Notes: generated by a model not told the origin, from the letters alone. DNA of 64,000 nt from Macrostomum lignano (GCA_002269645.1 NIVC01001145.1:248001-312000), one strand, 5' to 3'; shown: positions 50,831 to 62,588, numbered from the stretch's first letter. A program made the numbers and translations.

Positions 50831-53173
50831 ATCAGCGCCATCAAGACTTCGTCTCAGTCCTGCCAGTTTGCAACCAAGGACCAGCCACCAGCGAGACTTC
50901 TGCTCAGCTCTGCCGGCTCGTGACTGAGCACCTGCCTGCCTGTGCTACGCCTGAGGTTCGGTCCGCAAGGCTGCGAGAGCCTGTGCCACGCCTGAGGTTC
51001 GGTCCGCAAGGCTGCAAGAGCCTGTGCCACGTCAGGCCCAGGGGTCCTGACTGCCCGGCTGGTCTTCGCTCGTCGCCGCGAGTCGTCGCTGGTCGTCGCC
51101 CTGAGCAACGCGCGCTGTCAACTGCGTTGAGCTCGAGCTTACGCTCTGCCAAGATAGCTCCGCTGCGTGTGCCAAGCCACGCCAGGTTACGCTGTGCGCT
51201 GATTGTTTGTAGGGACTATTGCCTGACAGTTAGTCTGGGTGGTTTGCGTGATAGGACTTTCCCCTATTATAGGCTTTTTGTGGTTTGCCCCTGTCCGGCA
51301 CGTATTTTTGTTAGTAGGACGCAATCTCTCTCGTCTCTCTCGCGTCATCAACCTCAATTCGTTCTCTCTGGAACCTTACTCTCACTCGTGGTTGCTCCGT
51401 TCGCCTCACTCGGGCTCCTGCCTGAGCTTCATCTCGCACAATGTCCGGCAACGGGGAAGACTTCGGCATGGCGCCTCCCGAGCCTGTGGCGGACCCAGTC
51501 GCCGCACAGGCAGTTAATCCACCAGCCCCAGCCACTGAACCCAGACCCAGCTATGGGCGCCCCATCTGCCCACCCGTTAGGTACCGGGCGTGCCAGGTGT
51601 CCGGCCTGCTCCAGCTGTAGGGTGGCAAGCATTAGTTTGTTCACGCCCTGGGCAAGGCGTTAAACTACCTCCTGTGGCCCCTGTTGGCCACGGGTCCCTG
51701 TGGCCCCGCTGTTCTCCGCCTTCCGCGCCGGTTCTCTCCTTCCTGCCTGTTGGGCGCTTCCGCGCTGGTCCTCTCCCCCTGTCTGTTGGGCGCTTCCGCG
51801 CCGGTTCCCTCCCTTCTGCCTGTTTGGCGCGCTGCGCCGTTCTCCGCCTGGCGCGCTGCGCCGTTTCCTGCCTTGGCGCCCCTGCGCGTCTCTGCCTGGC
51901 GCGCTGCGCCGTTCTCTGCCTTGGCGCGTGGCGCCGTTCCCTGCCGTAGCGCCCTGTCGCCGTTTCCTGCCTTGGCGCGTGGCGCCGTTCTCTGCCTTGG
52001 CGCGTGGCGCCATTCCCTGCCGTGGCGCGCTGCGCCGTTTCCTGCCTTGGCGCGTGGCGCCGTTCCTTTGCCTGGCGCGCTGCGCCGTCTCCTGCCTTGG
52101 CGCGCTGCGCCTTTCTCCGCCTGGCGCGCTGCGCCGTTTCCTGCCTTGGCGCCCCTGCGCGTCTCCGCCTGGCGCGCTGCGCCGTTTTCTGCCTTGGCGC
52201 TCCGCGCCGTCCTGTCTCCGCCTTGGGCGCTCCCTCGCCGGTTTCTCCCTCCCGCCTGTTTGGCGCGCCGCGCCGTGTCCCGCCGCCCTTGGCGCTTGTC
52301 GTCGTTTGCCCGCAGTTGTTCGGGCTGTGCCTCCGTTCTGTGCCTCTGTTCCGTGCCTCTGCTCTGTGTCCTTTTGCCTCATCCGTCTTGTCACCTTTGT
52401 TCTGTGCTCCTTGCCTCATCTGTCTTGTCACCTCTGTTCGTCCTGTCGTTTTTTTTGTGCGTTCGCGTGCCCCGCGCGCTCTGCTCTGCGCTACTTTTGT
52501 AACCAATGTTATTCTCACTGCCATACCTACGTTGACTTTGATTTTCACCATTCATCTACCTGTATTCATTATTTACTGCAGTCTGTTCCTTTGTTTTCGT
52601 ATTCCCCTTCAGTCTCTTCACTTCTTTTTGCGAGCGTGTGAAACATCCCATTTTGTTGCGGTGCCGGACCTCGAAAGCCGGGCGCCATAGGCGTTTTTCA
52701 ACGCTCTTTCTTTTCTCTGTGCCTGTTTTTTTCTTTGCGCCTCTGTGCGCGTGTCTGGGCGGCGCCTGCGTCCCATTGGGGGCGAGCCCATGCGGTCCAC
52801 CGGGACCGGCCCAGCGGTTGAGCCGTTTGTCGGCTGGCTGCACCCTGCAGCGGATGCATTCTGCATCGTTTACACACCTTCACTCCACTGCTTCCCTCGT
52901 GTGCTAGCTCTCCTGTCATTTTCATTGACCCATCTACGTACTACTTATTATCTCACTTTCAGTAATTAACAATTCCTTAATATTAAATTAGTTTGTTTTA
53001 ACTTTACATGCCTTCCTCACTTAAATTCAGTAGTTTTCAACAGACATTTGAATAATGACCCGTCCTACTACAATTTCTGTATGCGTTAAATTCACTCGCT
53101 AAAGTTCAGCTGTGTTTTTCTTGCCGTCACCCCGCGTGTTGGTTTTCTTTTTGCGCGACCCTATCCTTTTTTC

Positions 53174-53187
53174 GGAAGGGAGGCGAG
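53174..53187 (+). other. Polypurine tract
   Basis: ggaagggaggcgag abutting the 3' LTR. Confidence 0.85.
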
Positions 53188-54027
53188 TGTGACGTTGTCA
53201 GTTTAAGGTGGTCCCGAAAAGGGCCGTTGGACTGCTGTTCTCCATAGTCATTCAACCCTTCAGTTTCACCGTTTCAACTAAACTTTTCCATTCGTTTATT
53301 GCGACGTTTACTTGTAGTAGTGCCCAACGATTTTGTGGCAATTTATAATTCATTGTATATTTTGCTATCCTCTCTCGCAACCGTATAAAATTGGCACGAT
53401 CGATAATTTTAAGTTCTCTCGCCAGCCAATGAAATCACTCGTGCTCGCGCTACCCCCCTCTGCGCTCTTTTATTAAACCCCCCGCCTGGCGGCGGGCACT
53501 CCTCACCCTTGTTTCCTCCGTCCTTATCTGTGCCTCTCTCTCTCCCTCCCTGTCTGTCCTTGGCCTTGTGTGTGTTTTGCGTTCCTGCCTGGCTGCCTCG
53601 AGCCTCCTTATTTCTCACCACGGCCCCTCTGCCTGGGCCAGCCTGCTCACACACTTACTTGACTGTTTCACGCCACGACCTACGCCAACTCGCCACTACG
53701 TTTCACTGCCTTCACGGTGCTCATAGCCACTGCTCACGTCACGTCGCCATTGTGTCATTCGCCTGCCACTTGACTTCACATCCAAATTATATTCAACCCA
53801 TTGCTGCAGCCGCCAGTGCCCAGAAAGCTATAGCCTGTTTATTGCCAGTAACAACCAAACTTAATACTGATATTAATAATAAAGACAACTACGGCAGTTC
53901 CTGCCTTTATCGCCAAGTGCTCCGCTACAAAATCCGCTTTACAAGAATTGACTTCAACTTTTTTTGGGACTAAAACGGCCCTTTTAAGGGTCACCGCATA
54001 GCTGGCCGCTACGCCAATAACGTGACA
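53188..54027 (+). repeat. 3' LTR
   Basis: Copy of 49708-50547 at offset 3480; only two differences noticed by eye (50201/53681 and 50481/53961). Confidence 0.95.
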
Positions 54028-54475
54028 GGAATTATTTTACTTATTATAAGTAAGTTACACGCGCACAAATTATAAATCCCATTCATAGCTCACTACGTAG
54101 ATTCAATTAAAGCTTATATACGAATAATTGTATTTCTTGGAAACATTGCGATAAGCAAAATAAAAAATGCAAAGACTACATCTAATTCTAAATCTGAAAA
54201 TTACTAGTAAATTATAAGTATTAAAAATAAACTATAAATTAATTTCAGCCATTTATAAAACTTATTTTGCTACTTATTTTAAAAAGTCGTTTCGTCTGCC
54301 GGCAGACGAAAAGGCGGCAGACGAAATGACCGCGCACCAATTAATCTATGAACCATTTTAAGTAACAATAACTACTTTTAAAAGACTTAAGCCTGAGTAA
54401 GCACTATTTCTATGTTTCAATTAAAACTATTGTATTTGATAGGGCCTACCAACATTAACAAGCTGCAGTAGGCCT

Positions 54476-55440
54476 GGCATTCCTTCCGTTTACGATCATT
54501 TTTCCACCCACATTTCGGTTCACGATCCCCATGTAATTTTTCATATAAATGATCATAGCTTGCTTGAAATAAACAAAAATTGTTAAACTGAGCTTATTCG
54601 TTACATTAAAAAAACTGAACGGAATAGCCGACAAATGGTTTCTTTCATGGCATGGCGATGACGAGGATCCTATATATCCACTTCGGTTTACGATCATTTA
54701 AACGGAAGCAATACATGTAAATGATCGTGAACCGAAGCTAGCGTATGTGTGTAAGGGGGTTTTGGTGTTTTACAAGCTCTATCTAAAATCGATCACTATC
54801 TCAATACATGGCTAGCTTTGGTTCACGATCATTTACATGTATTTCTTCCATTTAAATGATTGTGAACCAAAGCTAAGGGGGGTGTCGAAGACATATGTAG
54901 TCATATATTTATTTGTTGGCTTGTTGGCAATTGAAATGTCATCTTGAGTTAACGTGCGCTCCCAAGTAACTTGATGCTTTATTATTCTCTGCACGCTGCC
55001 ACCCCCTCAGCTTCAGTTTACGATCATTTAGATGTAAGCAATATGTGTAAATGATCGTGAACTGAAGCTAGCCATGTATTGAGATAGTGATCAATTTCAG
55101 ATAGAGCTTGTAAAACACCAAAACCCCCTTACACACATACGCTAGCTTCGGTTCACGATCATTTACATGTATCTCTTCCATTTAAATGATTGTAAACCAA
55201 AGTGGATATATAGGATCATCTTTGGATTCTTGGAACTGTGAAATGGATCACTATAACCCCTTTACCTTCTTTTTTCATTTGAACATGCAGCTAGTGTTAT
55301 GATAGATAAATAAAAAGGATTGGAGTGCTTGTCTACTGATTTTTTTGCATTTTGATGAAATAGACAACAATTTTGTATCTTCCCTATCTCTCCAATGGGG
55401 ATCGTCACTAATTTCAATGATCGTAAACCGAAGAAATGCC
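54476..55440. mobile_element. 965 bp foldback MITE, GG...CC termini, 8 bp TSD
   Basis: TIR ggcattccttccgtttacgatcatt / aatgatcgtaaaccgaagaaatgcc; TSD GTAGGCCT at 54468-54475 and 55441-55448; internal ~215 bp inverted arms. Confidence 0.88.
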
Positions 55441-55974
55441 GTAGGCCTAGTCTATGCCCAAATATTGCTAAAATGTTAACAAGTCAGCAAATCTTAACAG
55501 AACAAGTTGTCAGATGTTCAACAAAAAAGCATTATATGCTATAATAGGGAATCCAATATAGAATAGGGGCCTATTCCTAAATGGCTTCACTGGGTACAGT
55601 TGATACTATATAAATTCTTCTTATCTAAGTTATATTTTAAATAGGGCTTATGAAGTCCTATCCTATGCATGGCATGCAGCTTAGTGTTGCAAATAGCTTA
55701 GCATATTTTTATAAATGTCTAACATATATTTACTAGATTTTTTGCTAGAGGCAAAGTGCATAATGGCACCTTATATTCAATTTGAAGGGACAATTTTAAG
55801 GCTTATTGTGCAATTTCTCTTTTTTAAGGTAGGCCTAGTATAAATAAGGCTTAAAAAGATAAATAGATTAGAATACATCTAAATTGCAACCACTTTTTTC
55901 AATTTCAAAGTGTGGTTTAAAATTTCGGGGTATATTTATTTATTCTATGCATAATAAACTAAGCTTGGGTATAA

Positions 55975-56245
55975 CCTAGGGATTTACTTGGCCATTTCTA
56001 TTGGCAACACACATATGTAAATTGCTATTGGATAGAATAGTAGGGCAATCTTCAAGTTTCGTTTGTTTAATTATTTCCGGAATTATTTCGCCCTCTATTC
56101 AAGGGTGGTGGGGGGTGGGTGTTGAAATTAAACGAACGAAACTTGAAGATAACCAATAGTAGACATGTGACTATTCTTAGCCAATAGCAACTTCCAACTT
56201 AAAAGTATATGTTGCTAAAAGAAATGGCAAAGTAATTCCTAAGGT
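55975..56245. mobile_element. Palindromic MITE-like element
   Basis: Outer arms (ttacttggccatttctattggcaac / gttgctaaaagaaatggcaaagtaa) and inner arms (tcttcaagtttcgtttgtttaatt / aattaaacgaacgaaacttgaaga). Confidence 0.6.
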
Positions 56246-56268
56246 TGCAAATGTATATTCAAAGGTAA

Positions 56269-56877
56269 CAATCCACTTTGGTAATAGCCACTCTGGTAAT
56301 AAATGATGACCAATTTGGTAACAGCCATTTTGGTAATAGCCACTTTGGTAACAAGTGGAAATAACAGTATGTATTGATCAATATGCTCAAAAGTATTTGC
56401 AGACAAACTTTAAAGAAAGATAAAAATAATTGAGATATGTTTTTGTACCATTCAAGATTTGGATTAATGCAGAAAACTATGTATATTTTTAATCAACATG
56501 TATTTTAATTTTAATTTCCAGGTGCACCAGATGCATGCAAGCTGGGACATCCTATTGACCAAATATTTTGTATGGTCTACATTAGAATCTCTAAGTTAGC
56601 ACCTTGATATTATAGAATCTACTTTTTTCTTCATTAATTACTTGGGCCCTACTTCAAATTTTCAATTCTCACTGCATAATGTTCTCATGAAAACTAACAT
56701 ACATTTTTAAATAAATTCCAATTCAGTTTAACAAGAAAATTAGGCCATACTTGGGAATTTAATATTTGAAATATTTATTATTAATCCAGTAGTTCTTAAA
56801 GTTTCTACTATTTAGATATAGTGTTGGTAGTTGTAAATCTTCTTTGTTACCAAAGTGGATATTACCGAAGTGGATTG
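56269..56877. mobile_element. MITE-like element with repetitive termini
   Basis: caatccactttggtaatagccactctggtaa at left vs ttaccaaagtggatattaccgaagtggattg at right (inverted); TSD not clear. Confidence 0.6.
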
Positions 56878-57289
56878 TATTCTATAAAAAACCTAGATAT
56901 TTAGTATTTACCCTTAGCTATATAGGTAGACCCTTAGAGCAATTAACAAAGCTTGCTAAATATGTATGTGGAAAAAGTATGTTTTATAGAGTAGAAAGGG
57001 TGTACTTTGGAAAAGGGAAAAAAGTTTTTAACCAGGCTAGAATAATATGTCTTTCCTTCTCATACATGCCCAACACCTCTCCAACCCATCCAAACTAGAC
57101 AGGTGAAATGGCCACCAGCCAAGGTAAGTTGCAAAATTGAAAATGTGAAAAAGGAAAAATTGGAGGAAGAAAGAAAGGAGAGGAAGAGAAAAGGAAAAGA
57201 AAGAAAGGAGAAAAGAGAGGGGAAAGAGGAGAGAGAAAGAGAAGGAGAAGAAAAGAGAAAAAGGCAAGAAAAGTCATATACAAAGTGAA

Positions 57290-57542
57290 GATTAAGTTGC
57301 AATCAAGGGAACTAAGTCGCAATCAGGGGAACTAAGTTGCAATTGGGAGGAACTAAGTCGCAATCAAGAGGAACTAAGTTGCAATTAGGAGGAACTAAGT
57401 CGCAATCAAGAGGAACTAAGTCGCAATCAAGAGGAACTAAGTTGCAATTAGGAGGAACTAAGTCGCAATCAAGAGGAACTAAGTCGCAATTGGGAGGAAC
57501 TAAGTCGCAATCAAGAGGAACTAAGTTGCAATTGGGAGGAAC
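57290..57542. repeat. 21 bp tandem repeat (gaactaagtcgcaatcaagag)
   Basis: Direct inspection. Confidence 0.93.
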
Positions 57543-58493
57543 TATGTTGCACTAAACAAGTGAAGTTTTGAGGTTGGGCATGTATGTTCCTTCTAGCCAT
57601 TAGACATGCATATCCTACCAAGGGTAAATTAGCCAATAAGGGCTTAGCCTACACTAATAAGAAAGTTAAGTGATACACTTTTATCCAAACAATGTATGGA
57701 ATACCTAAGGGACAAAGGGCTCATTATATAAAGCCATTGTAAGATAAGATCATTCTTAGCTCCTATCTCTACAGTGTAAAAGTTCCAATGTACAATCAAA
57801 CTTATGCTACAACAGCTTTATAGTACGAACCCAAATTGCATGTTAAATTAAATACTATAAAATATATCTATGTTGTGTAGGGCTTGAATCTATTACTTGT
57901 ATTTCTTTTTTGACATTAATAATTATCAATCTTAATATAAATCACTATCTAAATTATTGAGTCATATAATATATTTTAGATTTATATAGATAAAGTTATA
58001 ATTCTTTAAATTAGTTTATCTTACATTTCCTTGGTTTAAACCTAGCATGAAATCTTTGTTATAAATGAGAGTTTTTAACAAAATTGCAACAATTTTTGTG
58101 TATTTTCTGAACTTGAATGAATTTGACAATCTTAAATTGAATTAGTTATATTGTTGTCTCTTAGTGCATCATAAATGTAGCACTTTTTTCTGTGCATCAC
58201 AATGTCCTACAATGTTTTTGTGAATGCAAATATCATTGCATTCCGTAATGGTAGAGATTGAACAAATATTCAGAATTGAATTGAATCAACCAAATATTCA
58301 GTTCAAATTGGAATCAGAAAGCTGACTAATCTAAATATCAAATAGTTGCTTTGATGTGAAGCAAAGATTTGGAGCAAGTCAAGAGTTGAGTATTGGTGTT
58401 GTGGCTCATAAATGAAGGGAAGGAATTAGGGATAAATATGAATAGATTAACTATCACTTCGGCAACAACTAACCTCTCCAATATAATTTTCAG

Positions 58494-59027
58494 GGTGTAG
58501 CCCTCGCCAAGCTTAGGCGCCTGTTTGGCAGCCGTCAATGCAAACTGCTTCTAGTAGGACTAGACAATGCTGGCAAAACCACTGTACTCTACCAGCTAGT
58601 GCTGGGCGAAACTGTCCATACTGCTCCAACTATAGGATCCAATGTTGAAGAGTTGCAATGGCGTGGACTGAAATTTTTATTGTGGGATCTTGGCGGACAG
58701 AGTTCAGTGCGGTCTACCTGGGAGTCATATTACTCTGGCACAGATTTTGTCATACTGGTTGTTGATTCCTCAGACCGGAAGCGTCTTGAACTGATTAAAT
58801 CCGAGCTGTACAGTATGCTGTCATCCGATCAGCTGCGCAAGGCATCCCTATTGGTTCTAGCTAATAAGCAGGATGTTGCTGACAGGTTAACTGCAGCCGA
58901 GATTAGTCGAGCACTAGACCTCACCTGTCTGCGCTGCAGGCCTTGGCATATTCAAGCTTGCTGCGCCTTGAGCGGAGAAGGTCTCACAGCGGCTATGGAA
59001 TGGTTGGTTTGTCAGGCAAAGGTTTAA
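58494..59027 (+). CDS. ARL5: ADP-ribosylation factor-like GTPase 5; residues 2 to end in one exon, Met1 not adjacent in the genome
   Basis: GVALAKLRRLFG...GLDNAGKTT...PTIGSNVEE...WDLGGQ...ANKQD...WHIQACCALSGEGL; PTIGSNVEE and HIQACCAL are ARL5-type; acceptor ataattttcag at 58493; AATAAA at 59039 and 59047. Confidence 0.93.
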   Translation, partial: GVALAKLRRLFGSRQCKLLLVGLDNAGKTTVLYQLVLGETVHTAPTIGSNVEELQWRGLKFLLWDLGGQSSVRSTWESYYSGTDFVILVVDSSDRKRLELIKSELYSMLSSDQLRKASLLVLANKQDVADRLTAAEISRALDLTCLRCRPWHIQACCALSGEGLTAAMEWLVCQAKV

Positions 59028-59109
59028 CAAAAAAAAACAATAAAGAAATAAATTTTCCTTGTTAAAGGATTGTGTAAAATTTCGTACTTTGAGAAACAGG
59101 AATCTGGAT

Positions 59110-59765
59110 TTTGAAATCCCAGGATCCCGATCCTCAAATCCTAAAATTCCGACCCTGAAATCCTAAATACCGATCCCGAAATCCTAAATACCGATCCTGA
59201 AATCCTAAATACCGATCCCGAAATCCTAAATACCGATCCCGAAATCCTAAATACCGATCCTGAAATCCTAAATACCGATCCCGAAATCCTAAATACCGAT
59301 CCCGAAATCCTAAATACCGATCCCGAAATCCTAAATACCGATCCTGAAATCCTAAGATCCCGATCCTTAAATCCCCGGATCCCGATCCTGAAATCCTAAA
59401 TACCGATCCTGAAATCCTAAGATCCCGATCCTTAAATCCCCGGATCCCGATCCTGAAATCCCCGGATCCCAATCCTAAAAATCCTAAGACCCCGATCCTG
59501 AAATCCTAAGATCCCAATCCTGAAATCCTAAGATCCCGATCCTGAAATCCCGGGATCCCAATCCTGAAATCCCCGGATCCCAATCCTGAAATCCCCGGAT
59601 CCCGATCCTGAAATCCCGCGATCCCAATCCTGAAATCCTGGGATCCCGATCCTGAAATCCCGCGATCCCAATCCTGAAATCCTGGGATCCCAGGATTCCT
59701 GTGTCTAAAGTCCGCGATCCTGAAATCCAAAGATCCCAATCCTGAAATCCCGGGGGATCCTGAAA
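59110..59765. repeat. 21 bp tandem repeat (ccgatcctgaaatcctaaata) and variants
   Basis: Direct inspection. Confidence 0.93.
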
Positions 59766-60081
59766 TCATACGAGCGTAATTTCAAATGAAATAAGTAGGG
59801 CTAAAAATTTTCTTAACTAATCTAGTTCTTAACTAAGAACTAATCTACACTTCCCGACTGGATGCCTGCATAAATTTGAATATGGCTGCATAAATGGCAC
59901 ACATGCAGACCAGTTTAGCAGCAATAATTCTCAGGTGTGGGCAAATGCTTAGCGAAATTTAAGCTTCGTATTTCTACTATCGAGTCTTTTAAGTACTTGC
60001 AGTTGCAATAGCAAATTTTGGTGATAGTATGGTATTGTATAATTAGAAATGATTTAGCACTCACAGTGGTGTAAATGGTAT

Positions 60082-60363
60082 ATATTCCCCATTTATTTTG
60101 TTGTCTAGCGGGCAAAGGCAAGAGGTGTCTCGTTTATTGACCGAGGCGAAGCCGAGGTCAATGATCGAGACACCGAGTGCTTTTGGCCCTAGACAGCTAA
60201 ATGAGTGGGGAATATGATATGTATCCCCCGTTCGTTGTCTATGGTTGTTGTCTCGAATTTATCAGCCCGCGGGGCAGCGGGAAATAAATGATTTATTCAC
60301 CTAGGGAAATAAATGAAAACATGCGTCACATAGACACTCGCCCGGGGCAAAAGGGGGATACAT
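60082..60363. mobile_element. Double-hairpin non-autonomous element (unclassified)
   Basis: ~134 bp hairpin atattcccca...gaccgaggcgaagccgaggtc...tggggaatat followed by a second inverted pair atgtatccccc / gggggatacat. Confidence 0.6.
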
Positions 60364-60689
60364 AAGCGTTTATAATTTTGCGACCATGACATTTTTTATT
60401 TAGCCTTCCCCAAATGCATTCTATGCTATCTTTGAACTTATTTTTGTCCGTTTTATTTTATCATTTATTTAGCGCCCCTAAGGTTAACACACAGGCCAAA
60501 GATGCTTCTATTTTTTATGACGTAATATATCGGTTATTATTTTACTAAACTATAAAATGCAATTGAAGCTTGCAAATGCCAATTAGTAAATGTAATTATA
60601 AGAATGCGCCGATTTTGGTGGCAGTTTGTCTTAATATCGTCTTAGATTGGTCTTCTTTATTTATTGAAACATTACTTAACTCGTTGCAG

Positions 60690-61479
60690 CTAGAGTGACC
60701 CCTTTCTAGATAGAGCGACCACATTCGAGATGGAGTGACCCCATTGCAGCTGAATTGACTCCTTTCTAGATAGAATGACTCGATTGCGGCTGGAGTGAAC
60801 CCCATTGCAGCTAGAGTGACCCCATTGCAGCTAGAGTGACCCCATTGCAGCTAGAGTGACCCCATTGCAGCTAGAGTGACCCCATTGCAGCTAGAGTGAC
60901 CCCATTGCAGCTAGAGTGACCCCATTGCAGCTAGAGTGACCCCATTGCAGCTAGAGTGAACCCCATTGCAGCTAGAGTGACCCCATTGAAGCTAGAGTGA
61001 ACATTGCAGCTAGAATGACCCCATTGCAGCTAGAGTGACCCCATTGCAGCTAGAGTGACCCCATTGAAGCTAGAGTGAACCCCATTGCAGCTAGAGTGAC
61101 CCCATTGAAGCTAGAGTGAACATTGCAGCTAGAATGACCCCATTGCAGCTAGAGTGACCCCATTGCAGCTAGAGTGAACCCCATTGTAGCTAGAGTGACC
61201 CCATTGAAGCTAGAGTGAACCCCATTGCAGCTAGAGTGACCCCATTGAAGCTAGAGTGAACCCCATTGCAGCTAGAGTGACCCCATTGCAGCTAGAGTGA
61301 CCCCATTGCAGCTAGTGACCCCATTGCAGCTAGAGTGACCCCATTGCAGCTAGAGTGACCCCATTGCAGCTAGAGTGACCCCATTGCAGCTAGTGACCCC
61401 ATTGCAGCTAGAGTGACCCCATTGCAGCTAGAGTGACCCCATTGCAGATAGAGTGACCCCATTCTAAATAGAGTGACCC
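60690..61479. repeat. 20 bp satellite (ccccattgcagctagagtga), left part
   Basis: Direct inspection. Confidence 0.96.
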
Positions 61480-61482
61480 TAT

Positions 61483-62585
61483 CTCGATGAAAACGGTACC
61501 TGGGACAAGAAGCGGCCCGGAGTCACTTGCGTCACCCCAAAGTCGTTCTAGACGCGTTGCAGATGACACAGGTTAAATAGGAAAGAAGTGATTCTAAACA
61601 CCTCTAAAGCGACGAGATGTCACGGTAAACAGTCGCCAAAAAGTCGTCAAAGAGTCGCCCCAGAATCACTTTGAAGCGTTGTATTGTCTGCCCCTGAAAC
61701 GATTCTGGGGCGACTGTATAACGATTCTGGAGCCGAAGAGTCGTATTTGAGGCGTTGAGTTGTGTTTGAAGCGCATTTGCGTCGCTTGATGAATCAGAGT
61801 CACATTTCCGGCGTGTTAGCGGCGTTCTGGAATCGCTAAAAAGTCGCAAAAGAAGCGCTTTAGCGTCACTGCAGAATCGTTAGTGCAGCACTTCTGAGGC
61901 GCTCTGGACGCGTTACAGAGTCGTTACTACCGGCCTTAAACAGACTGCTGGATCGTTACTTCTGGGCAAATAGAAAACGCATGCTTATCGACTCAGAAGT
62001 GATGCACTAACGATTTTAAAATGACGCTAAAACGCTTCTTCTGCGACTTTTTTGACGACTTGTAATCGTATGTGTCCATTACTCTGCCGCGTTCAGTGGC
62101 TTGCCTATTTATGCCGCCGCGTCGTTTGCTGCTCCCCCCTTTAATGCTTCGTTGCACTGTTGCCGCCTCGCTGCTCGCCTCTTGGCCTGTCCATCCTCAT
62201 GGTTTAGAGTCGTTAGAATCACTTCTTTCCTGTTTAACCTGTCATCGGGAACGCGTCTGAAGCGACTCTGAGGCAACGCAAGTGACTCCGGGACGCTTCT
62301 TGGCTTAGGTGCCGTTTTCATCGGGCAATAAACACTCAGTTTTAGCCTACTGAGTTAGCGGAAAGTTAAGTGCCAGCACAAATATTCTTGGAAGACTTTT
62401 TCGCGACTATTTTACGCTTCTACAACTCACGTGACGCGCTTGTGATGCAACAATCACCTCTCCGTCGGATTTGACGCGTTTGAGTCGTTAAAAAGTCACA
62501 AGAGTCGCCCCAGACGCGCTAGAGTCTAGAGAGTTGTTTGCAACGACTTTTTAGCGACTCTTGTCACGGTATCGTTTTAAACGGG
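61483..62585. mobile_element. 1.1 kb non-autonomous TIR element (CMC/EnSpm-like), 3 bp TSD, inserted in the satellite
   Basis: Ends ctcgatgaaaacggtacc / ggtatcgttttaaacggg; TAT duplicated at 61480-61482 and 62586-62588; many short gtcgc/gcgac/gactc motifs inside. Confidence 0.75.
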
Positions 62586-62588
62586 TAT

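Larger units (their letters stand above)
49708..54027 (+). mobile_element. Non-autonomous LTR retroelement (Gypsy-like), 4320 bp
   Basis: Two 840 bp LTRs TG...CA; TSD GGAAT (49703-49707, 54028-54032); PBS and PPT present; no RT, RNase H or integrase motif recognised. Confidence 0.93.
49356..54338. mobile_element. Non-autonomous TIR DNA element (~660 bp without its insert), GG...CC termini, 8 bp TSD (Merlin/MULE/hAT-like), interrupted by an LTR element
   Basis: Left ggttgacggtcgtttcgtctgccgcc vs right ggcggcagacgaaatgaccgcgcacc; TSD AATTAATC at 49348-49355 and 54339-54346; subterminal ttcgtctgcc repeats. Confidence 0.82.

Noticed and set aside
50854-52969. LTR internal ORFs as gag/pol
   Set aside because: No CCHC knuckle, D(S/T)G protease, YxDD RT or integrase HHCC/DDE motifs were seen
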